DNA of 64,000 nt from Alphaproteobacteria bacterium (GCA_965228895.1 OZ245842.1:1728001-1792000), one strand, 5' to 3'. Shown: positions 1-9,338, counted from the stretch's first letter. The notes: a model not told the origin generated them from the letters alone. Program-made: numbers and translations.

Positions 1-2
1 GC

Positions 3-899
3 GACGTCGTGCTCGATGACCACACCATCACCCATTTGCCGCCGGAAAAACGCAATTTCGGCATGGTGTTTCAGGGCTACGCGCTGTTTCCCCACATGAC
101 CGTCGGCGAGAATGTCGGCTTCGGCCTGAAGGTGCGGCGCATGGCGCGTGACAAGGCCGCCGGGTTGGTCGACGAAGCGCTTGACCTCGTCCAACTCGGC
201 CATTTGCGCGACCGGCTGCCGCGCCAGCTTTCCGGCGGTCAGCAGCAGCGCGTCGCGCTCGCCCGCGCGCTCGCCTTCTCACCCGACATTTTGCTGCTGG
301 ACGAACCGTTGGGCGCGCTCGACAAGAAACTGCGCAGCGAAGTCCAGATCGAGCTGAAGGACCTGCACCGCCGGGTCGGTAGGACGTTCCTATACGTCAC
401 CCATGATCAGGAAGAAGCGCTCAGCATGTCCGACCGCATCGCTATCGTGCGCGACGGCAAGTTTGTTCAGATTGGCCGGCCCGACGAGCTCTACGAGAAG
501 CCGGCGAGCCGATTTGTCGCCGACTTCCTGGGCGACAGCAACTTCATCACAGGCCGCGTCGGACCGGCAGACGAGGCCGGTTTCATGATCGATACAGACG
601 GCGCTGGCTTGCGGCAGTCCGGTGATGCGCCGGACGAGAGCGAGGCGTTGATCGCGCTGCGGCCCGAGAAAATCGCGGTCCGTTCGTCGGCGGTGAACAA
701 TGGCGAAAACTGCGTCGCCGGCATTGTCGAAGCGTTCAACTATTTCGGCTCGACCATCCATTTCATTGTGCGCACTGAGTCTCTTGGCCCGATCAAAGCA
801 TCGGTAAGAGCCTGGCAGGCCGACGTTGCGCCGGAGGAAGGCAAACAGGTTTTTCTGACATGGGCGCCGGATGCGTCCGTGGTCGTACGGGACGACTGA
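3..899 (+). CDS. ABC transporter ATP-binding subunit, PotA/polyamine type (5' truncated by window edge)
   Basis: Q-loop MVFQGYALFPHMTV, signature LSGGQQQRV, Walker B LLLDEP, H-loop VTHDQEEA, C-terminal TOBE-like region. Walker A lies upstream of the window. Confidence 0.93.
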   Translation, partial: DVVLDDHTITHLPPEKRNFGMVFQGYALFPHMTVGENVGFGLKVRRMARDKAAGLVDEALDLVQLGHLRDRLPRQLSGGQQQRVALARALAFSPDILLLDEPLGALDKKLRSEVQIELKDLHRRVGRTFLYVTHDQEEALSMSDRIAIVRDGKFVQIGRPDELYEKPASRFVADFLGDSNFITGRVGPADEAGFMIDTDGAGLRQSGDAPDESEALIALRPEKIAVRSSAVNNGENCVAGIVEAFNYFGSTIHFIVRTESLGPIKASVRAWQADVAPEEGKQVFLTWAPDASVVVRDD

Positions 900-992
900 A
901 ATGATCCGTGACATGTCGCCAGTCGCCTCGCCATGCAACCCCATGCCGGCCACCTTTGGCCGGCCGATGTCACATCCGCACAGGAGGACACC

Positions 993-2105
993 ATGACTGC
1001 GTTTCTGAAAGACTGTGCCGCCATCGCCGCTGACAATCTTCGGTCCGGCCTCATCGATCGGCGGACGTTCAGCAAGATCTGCGCGCTTGCCGGCGTGGCG
1101 CCCGCCGCCGCTGGCTTCGCCGGGCGTGCCCAGGCCGCCGGCGAAATCGTCGTTGCGAACTGGGGCGGTGACGCGGTCGATGCTTATGCCAACGGCTGGG
1201 GCATACCCTTCACCGAGGATACGGGTGTCGAAGTCATCATCGATGGCGCCGGGCCGCTGGAAGGCAAGATCAAGGCGATGGTCGATGAAGACAACGTCAT
1301 CTGGGACATCACCGACAACGATATGTTCTCGGCGATGAACCTGGGCCGTCAGGGTTACCTGGAGAAACTCGACTATTCGATCATCGATAAGGACAAGGTG
1401 CGTCCGGGCTATTGGCACGAATACGGCATCTGCGATTACAACTATTCCTTCGTGCTCGCCTACAACAAGGACGCCTTTGACGGTGACGAGCCGACATCAT
1501 GGGCCGATATGCTGGATGTCGACCGCTTCCCGGGCAAACGCACGGCCTGGCAGTACGGCATGGGCGCGGCCGAAGCCTTCGCCATGGCAAGCGGCGTCGC
1601 GCCGGAGAACCTTTATCCCATTGATATCCCGCGCGCCCTGGGCGCTGCCCAATCAATCGCCGACAACATGATCTATTGGGGTTCCGGCGCCGAAAGCCAG
1701 CAGATGTTCCTGGACGGCGAGGTCACCATGGGCTGCATCTGGCACACCCGTGCCAGCGTCTTGGAGCGCGATACCGGCGGCGCGGTGACCTGGACCTGGG
1801 CCGACGGCCTGTTCTGTCCGGCCGCCTGGCTGATCCCACGTGGCGCGCCAAACGTGGACGATGCCCAGCGTTTCATCGCCTCGGCACAGGATCCGGCGGG
1901 ACAGATCGAGGTCCTGAAGGCGCTCGGCAACGGACCGGCCAACCCGGAAGGCTCGGCCATGCTGGAAGGCGATCCCGAGCTGTCGCGTATCGACCCGGGT
2001 TTCGCGCCCAATCTGGCTCAGCAGGTGGAGTCGGATCAGGAGTACTACTCCCGTGAATTCGACAATCTGCTTGGCGCTTGGCTCGATGGCATCGCCACGG
2101 GCTGA
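993..2105 (+). CDS. ABC transporter substrate-binding protein, PotD/PotF-like, Tat-type signal
   Basis: AGGAGG RBS before ATG 993; DRRTFSK twin-arginine motif, hydrophobic stretch and AQA cleavage site; ANWGG and FPGKR motifs; between ATPase and permeases. Confidence 0.9.
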   Translation: MTAFLKDCAAIAADNLRSGLIDRRTFSKICALAGVAPAAAGFAGRAQAAGEIVVANWGGDAVDAYANGWGIPFTEDTGVEVIIDGAGPLEGKIKAMVDEDNVIWDITDNDMFSAMNLGRQGYLEKLDYSIIDKDKVRPGYWHEYGICDYNYSFVLAYNKDAFDGDEPTSWADMLDVDRFPGKRTAWQYGMGAAEAFAMASGVAPENLYPIDIPRALGAAQSIADNMIYWGSGAESQQMFLDGEVTMGCIWHTRASVLERDTGGAVTWTWADGLFCPAAWLIPRGAPNVDDAQRFIASAQDPAGQIEVLKALGNGPANPEGSAMLEGDPELSRIDPGFAPNLAQQVESDQEYYSREFDNLLGAWLDGIATG

Positions 2106-2140
2106 TCGGGGCTGGACGACTTAGGCAGGGTGGGAGCGGC

Positions 2141-2986
2141 ATGACCGTATTGGGCCTGCGCCGGATCGATTCCTATTGGGTCTTGGTCCTGCCGCTCCTT
2201 CTGCTGCTGGTGGCGCTCTACCTCTACCCGGTCATCAAGGTTCTGATCGTCAGCGTTACCGACCCGACAACCGGTTTCGGAAACTACGAGCTGCTGGCCA
2301 CTAACGGCGGTATCCAGAGGATGCTGTGGGTGACGTTGCGTGTTTGTGTCGTCACCTCCGTCATTACCATGCTGCTGGGTTACGTGGTCGCCTATGTCCT
2401 GGTCCATGTCGGCGATCGGCACCGGCTGTGGATGATGCTGTTCATCCTGATCCCGTTTTGGGTATCCGTTCTGATTCGTTCGTTTTCCTGGCTGATCCTG
2501 CTGCGCCCTGACGGCTTGGTGAATGATGTGCTGGTCGGATCCGGTCTTGTCGGCGCGCCGCTTGATCTCGTGCGCAATGAGACGGGTGTCGTGATCGGTA
2601 TGGTCCACTACATGCTGCCGATCGCCGTCCTGCCGCTCTATGCCAACATGCGCGGCATTGACCGCAGTCTGGTGGCTGCTGCGCGCGGTTTGGGTGCGGG
2701 CCCCTTCGAATCGTTCTGGCGCGTGTTCCTCCCGCTCAGCTTGGCCGGTGTCGCCGGTGCCGGCCTGCTGGTCTTCATCTTTTCGCTCGGCTTCTTCGTG
2801 ACGCCCGCCATTTTGGGCGGCGGCAAGACGATCATGATCGCTGAATATGTCAGTATCCAGATTCTGACCATCGTCAAGTGGGGTACCGGCGCGATGCTGT
2901 CTGTCGTGTTGTTGGCGACGGTCGCTCTATTAATCATGGCGATGTCGCGGGTGATCAACGTGCGCGAAATGTTTGGAGCCAAGTGA
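2141..2986 (+). CDS. ABC transporter permease, PotB-like
   Basis: Multiple TM helices, PFWVSVLIR, EAA-like loop AAARGLGA; GGGAG RBS before ATG 2141. Confidence 0.9.
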   Translation: MTVLGLRRIDSYWVLVLPLLLLLVALYLYPVIKVLIVSVTDPTTGFGNYELLATNGGIQRMLWVTLRVCVVTSVITMLLGYVVAYVLVHVGDRHRLWMMLFILIPFWVSVLIRSFSWLILLRPDGLVNDVLVGSGLVGAPLDLVRNETGVVIGMVHYMLPIAVLPLYANMRGIDRSLVAAARGLGAGPFESFWRVFLPLSLAGVAGAGLLVFIFSLGFFVTPAILGGGKTIMIAEYVSIQILTIVKWGTGAMLSVVLLATVALLIMAMSRVINVREMFGAK

Positions 2987-3798
2987 TGGGCACCGAGCGT
3001 GTGAGTTGGCAGTTCTGTCTGGTGGTGGCGCTGGCCTGGGCCATCCTGCTTTTCCTTCTGTTGCCGATTCTGGTCACCGTACCCGTCTCGTTCACGCCCG
3101 AACGCTACGTGTCCATGCCCGAGTTCGGTGAGTGGTCGCTTCGCCCCTATGAATCTGTGTTCGCCGGTGATGATTGGCTGGACAGCATGGGCCAGAGCCT
3201 GATCATTGCCTGCGCGGCGACAGCGCTTTCCGTCACCATCGGGACGCTTGCCGCGGTCGGTCTGTGGCGCTTGTCGTCACGGGTGGCCGACATGGTGCGC
3301 TGGCTGGCCTTGTTGCCGTTGATTGTGCCGCCCGTCGTGTCGGCGCTGGCGTTCTATCAGGTATTTGTTCAGATCAAGCGGATGGTTGGCCTGCGCATGC
3401 TGGACAGTTACATCGGCCTGATCGTCGCCCACGGTATTCTGGCGATCCCATTCGTCGTGATCACCGTGTCGGCGGCTTTGGCCAATCTGGACCTGCGGCA
3501 GGAACAAGCGGCGCGCAGCCTGGGCGCCAACATGCGCCAAACCCTGTGGCACGTGATCTTGCCCAACCTGAAGCCAGGCATTCTGGCCGGCGCAGTGTTC
3601 GCCTTCATCCTTTCCTGGGATGAGATCGTCGTCACACTCTTCATCACCAGTCGTCGCATCTTCACATTGCCGCGGCGAATCTGGAGCGGAATCCGCGAAC
3701 ATCTCGACCCGTCAATTGCAGCAGTCGCCAGTTTGTTGATCGCCGTCACTATTCTTGCCGTGGTCACCGCCGTCTTGATGCGCCGGCGCAAGGCGTGA
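2986..3798 (+). CDS. ABC transporter permease, PotC-like
   Basis: TGATG overlap with the upstream permease; EQAARSLGA loop; FILSWDE and TLP motifs. Confidence 0.9.
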   Translation: MGTERVSWQFCLVVALAWAILLFLLLPILVTVPVSFTPERYVSMPEFGEWSLRPYESVFAGDDWLDSMGQSLIIACAATALSVTIGTLAAVGLWRLSSRVADMVRWLALLPLIVPPVVSALAFYQVFVQIKRMVGLRMLDSYIGLIVAHGILAIPFVVITVSAALANLDLRQEQAARSLGANMRQTLWHVILPNLKPGILAGAVFAFILSWDEIVVTLFITSRRIFTLPRRIWSGIREHLDPSIAAVASLLIAVTILAVVTAVLMRRRKA

Positions 3799-3999
3799 TC
3801 GTAAGACAAGCCGATCCGAATATCTGATCTTGAAAAATTGCGTTATTTCAAACGGTTATGATTGATGGGCAGAATCGGTCTCGGATTCGCAGTAGATGTT
3901 GCTGATTGGTTAAACGCAGGCTGAAGAACGGCGAACTTGATGGCCGCCGTCACACCTTCCGACGTTACGGGGAGGGAGCTTGGGGCCGCATACCACTCT

Positions 4000-4015
4000 T
4001 GTGACGCGGGTCACG
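4000..4015. promoter_or_regulatory. CRP/FNR-family-like operator (TGTGA-N6-TCACG)
   Basis: 9/10 match to the TGTGA-N6-TCACA consensus, about 75 bp upstream of small ORF 4092. Confidence 0.4.
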
Positions 4016-4091
4016 CGACATTCGGCCTTGGATACCTCATATCAAGTCCTGACAGAGCGCTCGTGCCCGCAGCAACAGAGGGAACCAGGGG

Positions 4092-4253
4092 ATGCAACAG
4101 CAAGCTACCGCTCAAGGCCACAGCCCCAAGAGCTTCAACATCAGCGCCGTACAGGCAGCAGATGCATTTCGTCAGGCGATCTATGGCCTGGGCTTCGCCG
4201 TCGGCGGCATGCTGGCCGGCCTGATCCTGTCTTTCCTTATCAACCAGATCTAG
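4092..4253 (+). CDS. small membrane protein, 53 aa, absent from ORF track
   Basis: Translated by hand: MQQQATAQGHSPKSFNISAVQAADAFRQAIYGLGFAVGGMLAGLILSFLINQI*; purine-rich GAGGGAACCAGGGG leader; one C-terminal hydrophobic helix; hairpin downstream. Confidence 0.6.
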   Translation: MQQQATAQGHSPKSFNISAVQAADAFRQAIYGLGFAVGGMLAGLILSFLINQI

Positions 4254-4307
4254 AACGAAGGGGTCGAGCGCGTCGAACCGCGACGAACCAACCTCCAAAC
4301 CCCCAGC

Positions 4308-4340
4308 AACGGCCGGTGGTCATTTTTGACCCCGGCCGTT
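4308..4340. terminator. putative bidirectional intrinsic terminator hairpin
   Basis: AACGGCCGG(T)GGTCA-TTTT-TGACC-CCGGCCGTT inverted repeat between convergent ORFs. Confidence 0.55.
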
Positions 4341-4365
4341 CGCTATTGGGCTGCGTCTGTTCGCA

Positions 4366-5322
4366 CTAAGTGCGGTACGCCACGTCCGGCAGGACGCACA
4401 GCATTTCGAACAGCATGTTAGCGCCGGTCAGCGCCGTGTTGCCGTGGGGATCATAGGGCGGCGACACTTCCACCAGATCGCCGCCGACTATATCGAGGCC
4501 GCGGCAACCGCGAATGACCTCCAGACCTTGGGCCGATGTCAGGCCTGCGACTTCCGGCGTTCCCGTCCCCGGCGCAAAGGCTGGATCAAGACCGTCGATA
4601 TCGAAGGAGATATAGACCGGCCCGCCGCCGACCTTTTGGCGAACTTCATCCATCAGCGGCGTCAGTGACTTGTTCCAGCATTCCTCGGCTTGCACGACGC
4701 GGAAACCCTGATCGCGTGGCCAGTCGAAATCGTCGGCGTGGTAGCCGGAGCCACGCAGACCGATCTGCACGGTGCGGTTACCGTCGATCAGACCCTCCTC
4801 GACCAGCCGGCGAAACGGCGTGCCATGCGCGATCGGTTCGCCGAACATCAAGTCGTTGACGTCGGCGTGGGCATCGACATGCACCATACCGAGCGGGCCG
4901 TGTTTTTTCTTAAGCGCTCTTAGAATTGGCAAGACAATGGTGTGGTCGCCACCCAGGGTGAGCGGTGTGCAGTCATGGGCGACGATGTTCTTGTCGTAGA
5001 AGTCGGTGATGATGTCCATGCACTTGGGCAGATGAAACGTGTTGATCGGGACATCACCAATGTCAGCGACCTGCAAGCTGTCGAACGGCGCTGCGCGTGT
5101 CGCCATGTTGTAGGGCCGTATGAGGCAGGATTCCGCGCGAATCTGGCGCGGCCCATGACGCGAACCCGCCCGATTCGATGTGCCGATGTCGAGCGGAATG
5201 CCGACGAAACACGCGTCCAGTCCCGCGGCATCCGCCTGCGTCGGCAGGCGCATCATGGTCGCCGGCCCGCCAAAGCGCGGCATATCGTTGCCGCCGAGCG
5301 GCTGGTTGAGTTCCCGTGTCAT
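4366..5322 (-). CDS. speB: agmatinase / guanidinobutyrase (ureohydrolase family)
   Basis: GGDH, DAHAD, HGTPF and SFDIDGLDPAFAPGTGTP Mn-binding motifs. Substrate (agmatine vs guanidinobutyrate) is not resolvable by eye. Confidence 0.88.
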   Translation of the reverse strand: MTRELNQPLGGNDMPRFGGPATMMRLPTQADAAGLDACFVGIPLDIGTSNRAGSRHGPRQIRAESCLIRPYNMATRAAPFDSLQVADIGDVPINTFHLPKCMDIITDFYDKNIVAHDCTPLTLGGDHTIVLPILRALKKKHGPLGMVHVDAHADVNDLMFGEPIAHGTPFRRLVEEGLIDGNRTVQIGLRGSGYHADDFDWPRDQGFRVVQAEECWNKSLTPLMDEVRQKVGGGPVYISFDIDGLDPAFAPGTGTPEVAGLTSAQGLEVIRGCRGLDIVGGDLVEVSPPYDPHGNTALTGANMLFEMLCVLPDVAYRT

Positions 5323-5450
5323 GGCCGTACCCCGGATCATTGGTCTTGCCGTTGTTCTAGTCGATTTTGCAGGAACGCGAAATCAATGCTTCCCGAGACG
5401 GGAAAGACTGGCCAATGTCGCAATGACCATACGAACGGGGGGAACAGGTT

Positions 5451-6221
5451 ATGGCGAAGGCACCTGTGATGATTGTGACCGGCGGCAGCCGCGGCATCGG
5501 CGCTGCCATTGCGCGGCTGGCGGGCCAGCGCGGCTACGACGTCTGTGTCAACTTCGCGGCCTCGGCCGACCGTGCTGAGGCGGTTGCCGGCAAGATAAGG
5601 GCGGCCGGCCGCAATGCCGTCGCGGTGAAGGCCGACGTGGCAAAACCCGATGATGTCGAACGTTTGTTTCAGGAAACCGACAGTGCGCTGGGCGGCGTCG
5701 ACGTGCTGGTCAACAATGCCGGTATCTCCATCGAAACGCCGGTCGCCGACCATGATGTCGCGACGATCCAGTCGATGATCGACACCAACCTGCTCGGGCC
5801 CATGTTGACGACGCGCCAAGCAATCCGGCGCATGTCGACGACGAGGGGCGGCAAGGGTGGTGTCATCATCAATATCTCGTCGATCTCTGCCATTTATGGC
5901 GGCCTGCCTGGCGACGTCGTTTACGCCGGTACGAAGGGCGGCCTCGACTCGTTCACCCTGGGCATCGCCAAAGAGGTCGGTCAGGAAGGCATCAGGGTGT
6001 GCTGCGTGCGCCCCGGTCTGATCCGCACCGAAATCTGGGACGACGGCATGGGTCAGGACGAGGTCATCGAGCTCGGCAAGAAGGCCGTGCCGATGGGACG
6101 CATCGGCGAGGTCGACGAGATCGCCTCGGCAACCCTGTGGCTTGCCTCCGACGAAGCAGCCTACATGACCGGCGCCATCATCAATGTCAGCGGTGGCCGC
6201 GAGACCTTTGTGCGCACCTGA
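5451..6221 (+). CDS. short-chain dehydrogenase/reductase (SDR)
   Basis: TGGSRGIG, NNAG, YAGTK catalytic motif. Confidence 0.92.
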   Translation: MAKAPVMIVTGGSRGIGAAIARLAGQRGYDVCVNFAASADRAEAVAGKIRAAGRNAVAVKADVAKPDDVERLFQETDSALGGVDVLVNNAGISIETPVADHDVATIQSMIDTNLLGPMLTTRQAIRRMSTTRGGKGGVIINISSISAIYGGLPGDVVYAGTKGGLDSFTLGIAKEVGQEGIRVCCVRPGLIRTEIWDDGMGQDEVIELGKKAVPMGRIGEVDEIASATLWLASDEAAYMTGAIINVSGGRETFVRT

Positions 6222-6242
6222 CTCGGCAGAGCCGGAAGCGTC

Positions 6243-7355
6243 TTAGGTAAAGCGGCCGAACGCAAAGGGCGCGAGCAGTTCCGGCCGTTCGCCTTCCAGG
6301 AACCACGCAGCGATCAGTTGCGCGGTGGCCGGCGCGATGGCCCAGCCGTGGCCGCTCCAACCCGTCGCGAAGATGACGTTGGCGAGGCCCGGCGGGCGGT
6401 CAATGATGGGGATGCCGTCAATCGAATCGGCTTCCAGGTGCCCGGCATCGGCGATCTCGACCTTAAGGCCGTCCAGCAAGGGGTAGACCGCGACCGCATC
6501 GGCCACATTGGCGGCGACCTCTTCGGGGATTGTTGTTCCAGTCTGCGTCGTGTCGTCCCAGCGGCCGGGGCGCCCGCCGGAAATCATCAGGCGACCGTCC
6601 TCCTCGCGTTTCAGCGACAGCGTGCGGCTGGTATGGCCGATAAGGTGCCGCACCGGATTGTCCGCCAGCGGTTCGGAGACCAGGGCCTGAAACGGCAGGT
6701 TCCAAGTCGGCAGGTCGAGCCAGGGGGTTAGCAATTCGCGGACGCCGCTGTTGGCGAGCAGGAAAACGGTCCCGGTAACGGGAATGGTGTCGCCCGCACC
6801 GGTCTCGATCGCGACAACGCGGTCGTCCCGGGTCACTAGACGTACGGCGTTGACGCCCTCGCGTACATCCGTTCCCGCTGCCTTGGCGGCGGCGGCGTAG
6901 GCCCGCGTCGTCGCGCCATGGTCCGCGACGCCGTCGCTTGCACAATAGACCGCTGCTTGGATCGACGGGGCGACATCGGGCTCCAACGCCAGCAGATCGT
7001 CGCGCGACAGCAGTTGTGTAGGCGTATCGCACAGATTTTGGATGGTCACCCGGGCTTCTGCGGCCGCCAGATCCGTCGTCAGTTCCAGCAACATCAGATG
7101 TCCTGTCTGCTCGAACAACGGCGCCACGCCGAGGCCTTCGTGGAGTGTCGGCCACAACGCGCGTGAACGCGCCATCAACGGGAGTTCGCGATGATCGCGA
7201 TAGTTTGCCCGGACACCACGCCGGCCCGGTCCGCCGGACGCGCCGGACGCCACGTGTTTGGCTTCGATCAGCATGACGTCGGCGCCACGCGCCGATAGTT
7301 CCCAGGCGACAGCAGTGCCATAGACACCGCCGCCAACGATAACGTTCTCCGCCAT
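6243..7355 (-). CDS. FAD-dependent oxidoreductase (DAO / sarcosine oxidase beta-like)
   Basis: N-terminal VIVGGGVYG dinucleotide fold, GASG, C-terminal DGIPII and GWSGHG. Confidence 0.88.
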   Translation of the reverse strand: MAENVIVGGGVYGTAVAWELSARGADVMLIEAKHVASGASGGPGRRGVRANYRDHRELPLMARSRALWPTLHEGLGVAPLFEQTGHLMLLELTTDLAAAEARVTIQNLCDTPTQLLSRDDLLALEPDVAPSIQAAVYCASDGVADHGATTRAYAAAAKAAGTDVREGVNAVRLVTRDDRVVAIETGAGDTIPVTGTVFLLANSGVRELLTPWLDLPTWNLPFQALVSEPLADNPVRHLIGHTSRTLSLKREEDGRLMISGGRPGRWDDTTQTGTTIPEEVAANVADAVAVYPLLDGLKVEIADAGHLEADSIDGIPIIDRPPGLANVIFATGWSGHGWAIAPATAQLIAAWFLEGERPELLAPFAFGRFT

Positions 7356-7460
7356 GAATGACGTACCCCTTCGACGCACCCGTTTGACGTTGCCCATCCA
7401 ATCGGTGGATGGCGGCGCGAAACCTAGCAGATCACGTGCGCGTTAGGGGCTTCTCAGGAT

Positions 7461-7700
7461 TCAAGCCCGCCAGAAGGGTTTGGTCGCTTCGTGCCGGGCC
7501 GCCTGATGGGTCAGGCCGATATCGTCGAGCTCGTGGCTTTCCAGTCGGGCAAGCGCCTGGCGGCTACGGGACCGGTGCGTCCAAATTGCCAGATCGGTCA
7601 GCATACGGGCCACCAGGGGGCCGCAGCGGCTGTCGGACTGACGGAGATGTTCAAGCACCCGATCGCCGCAAAAAATTTGATGGGTAGGTAGAGAAGGCAA
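7461..7700 (-). CDS. DUF1127 (YjiS-like) small protein
   Basis: RSRQALARLESHELDDIGL...EATKPFWRA signature; TTG start after GGGAG; divergent from a LysR gene. Confidence 0.85.
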   Translation of the reverse strand: MPSLPTHQIFCGDRVLEHLRQSDSRCGPLVARMLTDLAIWTHRSRSRQALARLESHELDDIGLTHQAARHEATKPFWRA

Positions 7701-7769
7701 GGCAGGCTCCCAGTAAGAGAGTTGAGGCTAGGTGCAACGATGTAGGGCCCTATCCGTCACTCCGCAAAC

Positions 7770-7808
7770 CATGTAATCTGATGGGGTCATCTAATTTTCT
7801 CATGGGGT
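7770..7808. promoter_or_regulatory. putative LysR-type binding region (imperfect tandem repeat)
   Basis: CATGTAATCTGATGGGGT followed by CATCTAATTTTCTCATGGGGT immediately upstream of the LysR start. Confidence 0.45.
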
Positions 7809-7811
7809 TCC

Positions 7812-8750
7812 ATGGCCCGCTGGCTTCCGTCACTCAACGCCATGCGTGCGTTCGAAGCGGCCGCGCGCCACTTGAGCTTTACCCGCGCCGCCGAAGAGCT
7901 TCATGTCAGCCAGGGCGCGGTCAGCCACCACGTCAAGACGCTGGAGGAGCAACTCGAGACCAAGCTGTTCGACCGCAAGCCCGGCGGTCTGGCGCTGACT
8001 GAAGCGGGCGCCGCCTATCTGCCGGTGCTGCGCGACGCCTTCGACCGCTTGGCCCGCGGCACCGCCGACATCACCCAGCGCCAAACCTCCAACATCCTGA
8101 CCGTCAGCGTGTCGCCAAACTTCGCCGCGCGTTGGTTGGTCCATCGGCTGGGCGACTTTGCCGCCACACACCCGGATATCGACCTGCGGGTTTCGGCAGC
8201 CATGGAGCACATCGATTTTGCCGTGGGCGATCTGGATGTCGCGGTGCGCCACGGCGACGGCAGCTGGACCGATCTTCACGTCACACCGCTGATCCGCGAG
8301 GAAGTCTATCCCGTCATCAGCCCGACCCTTCTGGAACGTGGCCCGCCGCTCAACGAACCCAACGATCTCCGCCACTTCACGCTGCTGCACGATTTGAGTT
8401 CGCGAGGCTGGTCCGACTGGCTCGATAAGGCCGGCGCCGACAAGGTCGATGTGGAGCGAGGGCCGTTCTTCAACATGACCAGTCTGGCGCTCGATGCGGC
8501 GGTGACCGGGCAGGGGGTTGCGCTTGCGCGGCGTGCGCTCGCCACACAGGATCTGGTTGGCGGGCGGCTGTTGCGCCCGTTTGACATCACGCTGACATCC
8601 GAACGCGGCTACTTCATCGTGTGTCCTGAGGCTTCCGCCGACATTCCCAAGATCGTGCGGTTCCGCGAATGGCTCCTGGCCGAAAACCAGCGCGACCTGA
8701 AGAAACTCAAGGCGCTCTATGGGCGTCCAGTGTCGCCAGCGTCGCGCTGA
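7812..8750 (+). CDS. gcvA: LysR-family transcriptional regulator, GcvA-like
   Basis: LPSLNAMRAFEAAARHLSFTRAAEELHVSQGAVS HTH; WLVHRL, DVAVRHG and GQGVALA of GcvA-like substrate domains. Orthology to gcvA is not proven. Confidence 0.85.
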   Translation: MARWLPSLNAMRAFEAAARHLSFTRAAEELHVSQGAVSHHVKTLEEQLETKLFDRKPGGLALTEAGAAYLPVLRDAFDRLARGTADITQRQTSNILTVSVSPNFAARWLVHRLGDFAATHPDIDLRVSAAMEHIDFAVGDLDVAVRHGDGSWTDLHVTPLIREEVYPVISPTLLERGPPLNEPNDLRHFTLLHDLSSRGWSDWLDKAGADKVDVERGPFFNMTSLALDAAVTGQGVALARRALATQDLVGGRLLRPFDITLTSERGYFIVCPEASADIPKIVRFREWLLAENQRDLKKLKALYGRPVSPASR

Positions 8751-9330
8751 CAGACGGACGGTCGGCCAGACGGTCGGCCCATGCGGACAGGTGCGGCCGG
8801 TCGGGCCGCCAGTCGATGTCCGGATTGGTCCGTTCCAGTTGAAGTGCGCTGATCAACACGATCTGCGTCATGCTTAGCGGTCCCTGCATGAGGGGGTCGT
8901 CGATTTCGTTTTCCCAAACTTCGGTCAGTCGGCGACAACGCTTCCGTTCGTGTTTGATGATGCCAGGCGACCGCTCATTCTCCGGCCGATACCTTTCGCG
9001 CGTCCAAACTGCCAGGCCGCCCAAGAGGCTATGGGCGAGCGCCTCCAGCCGGCGGTCATGCCACCCCGCCTCATCGTCGCGGTGTCCAAACAGTGGTTGG
9101 TCGTCCAGTTGGTCGAGGTAGGCGCAGATCAGCGCAGAATCCTCAAGGCCGAGGCCATCTTCGGTGATCAGGTAGGGAACCCTGCCGGACGGATTGATCT
9201 GATAATAGGGGCTGTCGGCTTCGCGCGTTCGCGCATGGACGACCGTCACGCGATCACCCAGCCCTTTTTCCAGCACCACGATGCGGGGCAAGCGGGCATA
9301 GGGCGAGTTCGGCGTGACGAACAGCTCCAT
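8707..9330 (-). CDS. glutathione S-transferase family protein
   Basis: SPYAR, NPSGRVPYL and DSALICAYLD motifs; 3' end overlaps the LysR gene by 44 bp. Confidence 0.88.
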   Translation of the reverse strand: MELFVTPNSPYARLPRIVVLEKGLGDRVTVVHARTREADSPYYQINPSGRVPYLITEDGLGLEDSALICAYLDQLDDQPLFGHRDDEAGWHDRRLEALAHSLLGGLAVWTRERYRPENERSPGIIKHERKRCRRLTEVWENEIDDPLMQGPLSMTQIVLISALQLERTNPDIDWRPDRPHLSAWADRLADRPSVSATLATLDAHRAP

Positions 9331-9338
9331 GGGTCGGG

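Noticed and set aside
7398-7460. Cuckoo-type (CCUCCUCCC) sRNAs that often follow DUF1127 genes
   Set aside because: No CCTCCTCCC motif is present downstream of the gene on the minus strand.
7743-7752. Palindrome TAGGGCCCTA, seen again at 55911-55920
   Set aside because: Only 10 bp, two copies in unrelated contexts (one includes the glmS stop); not enough to support a function.
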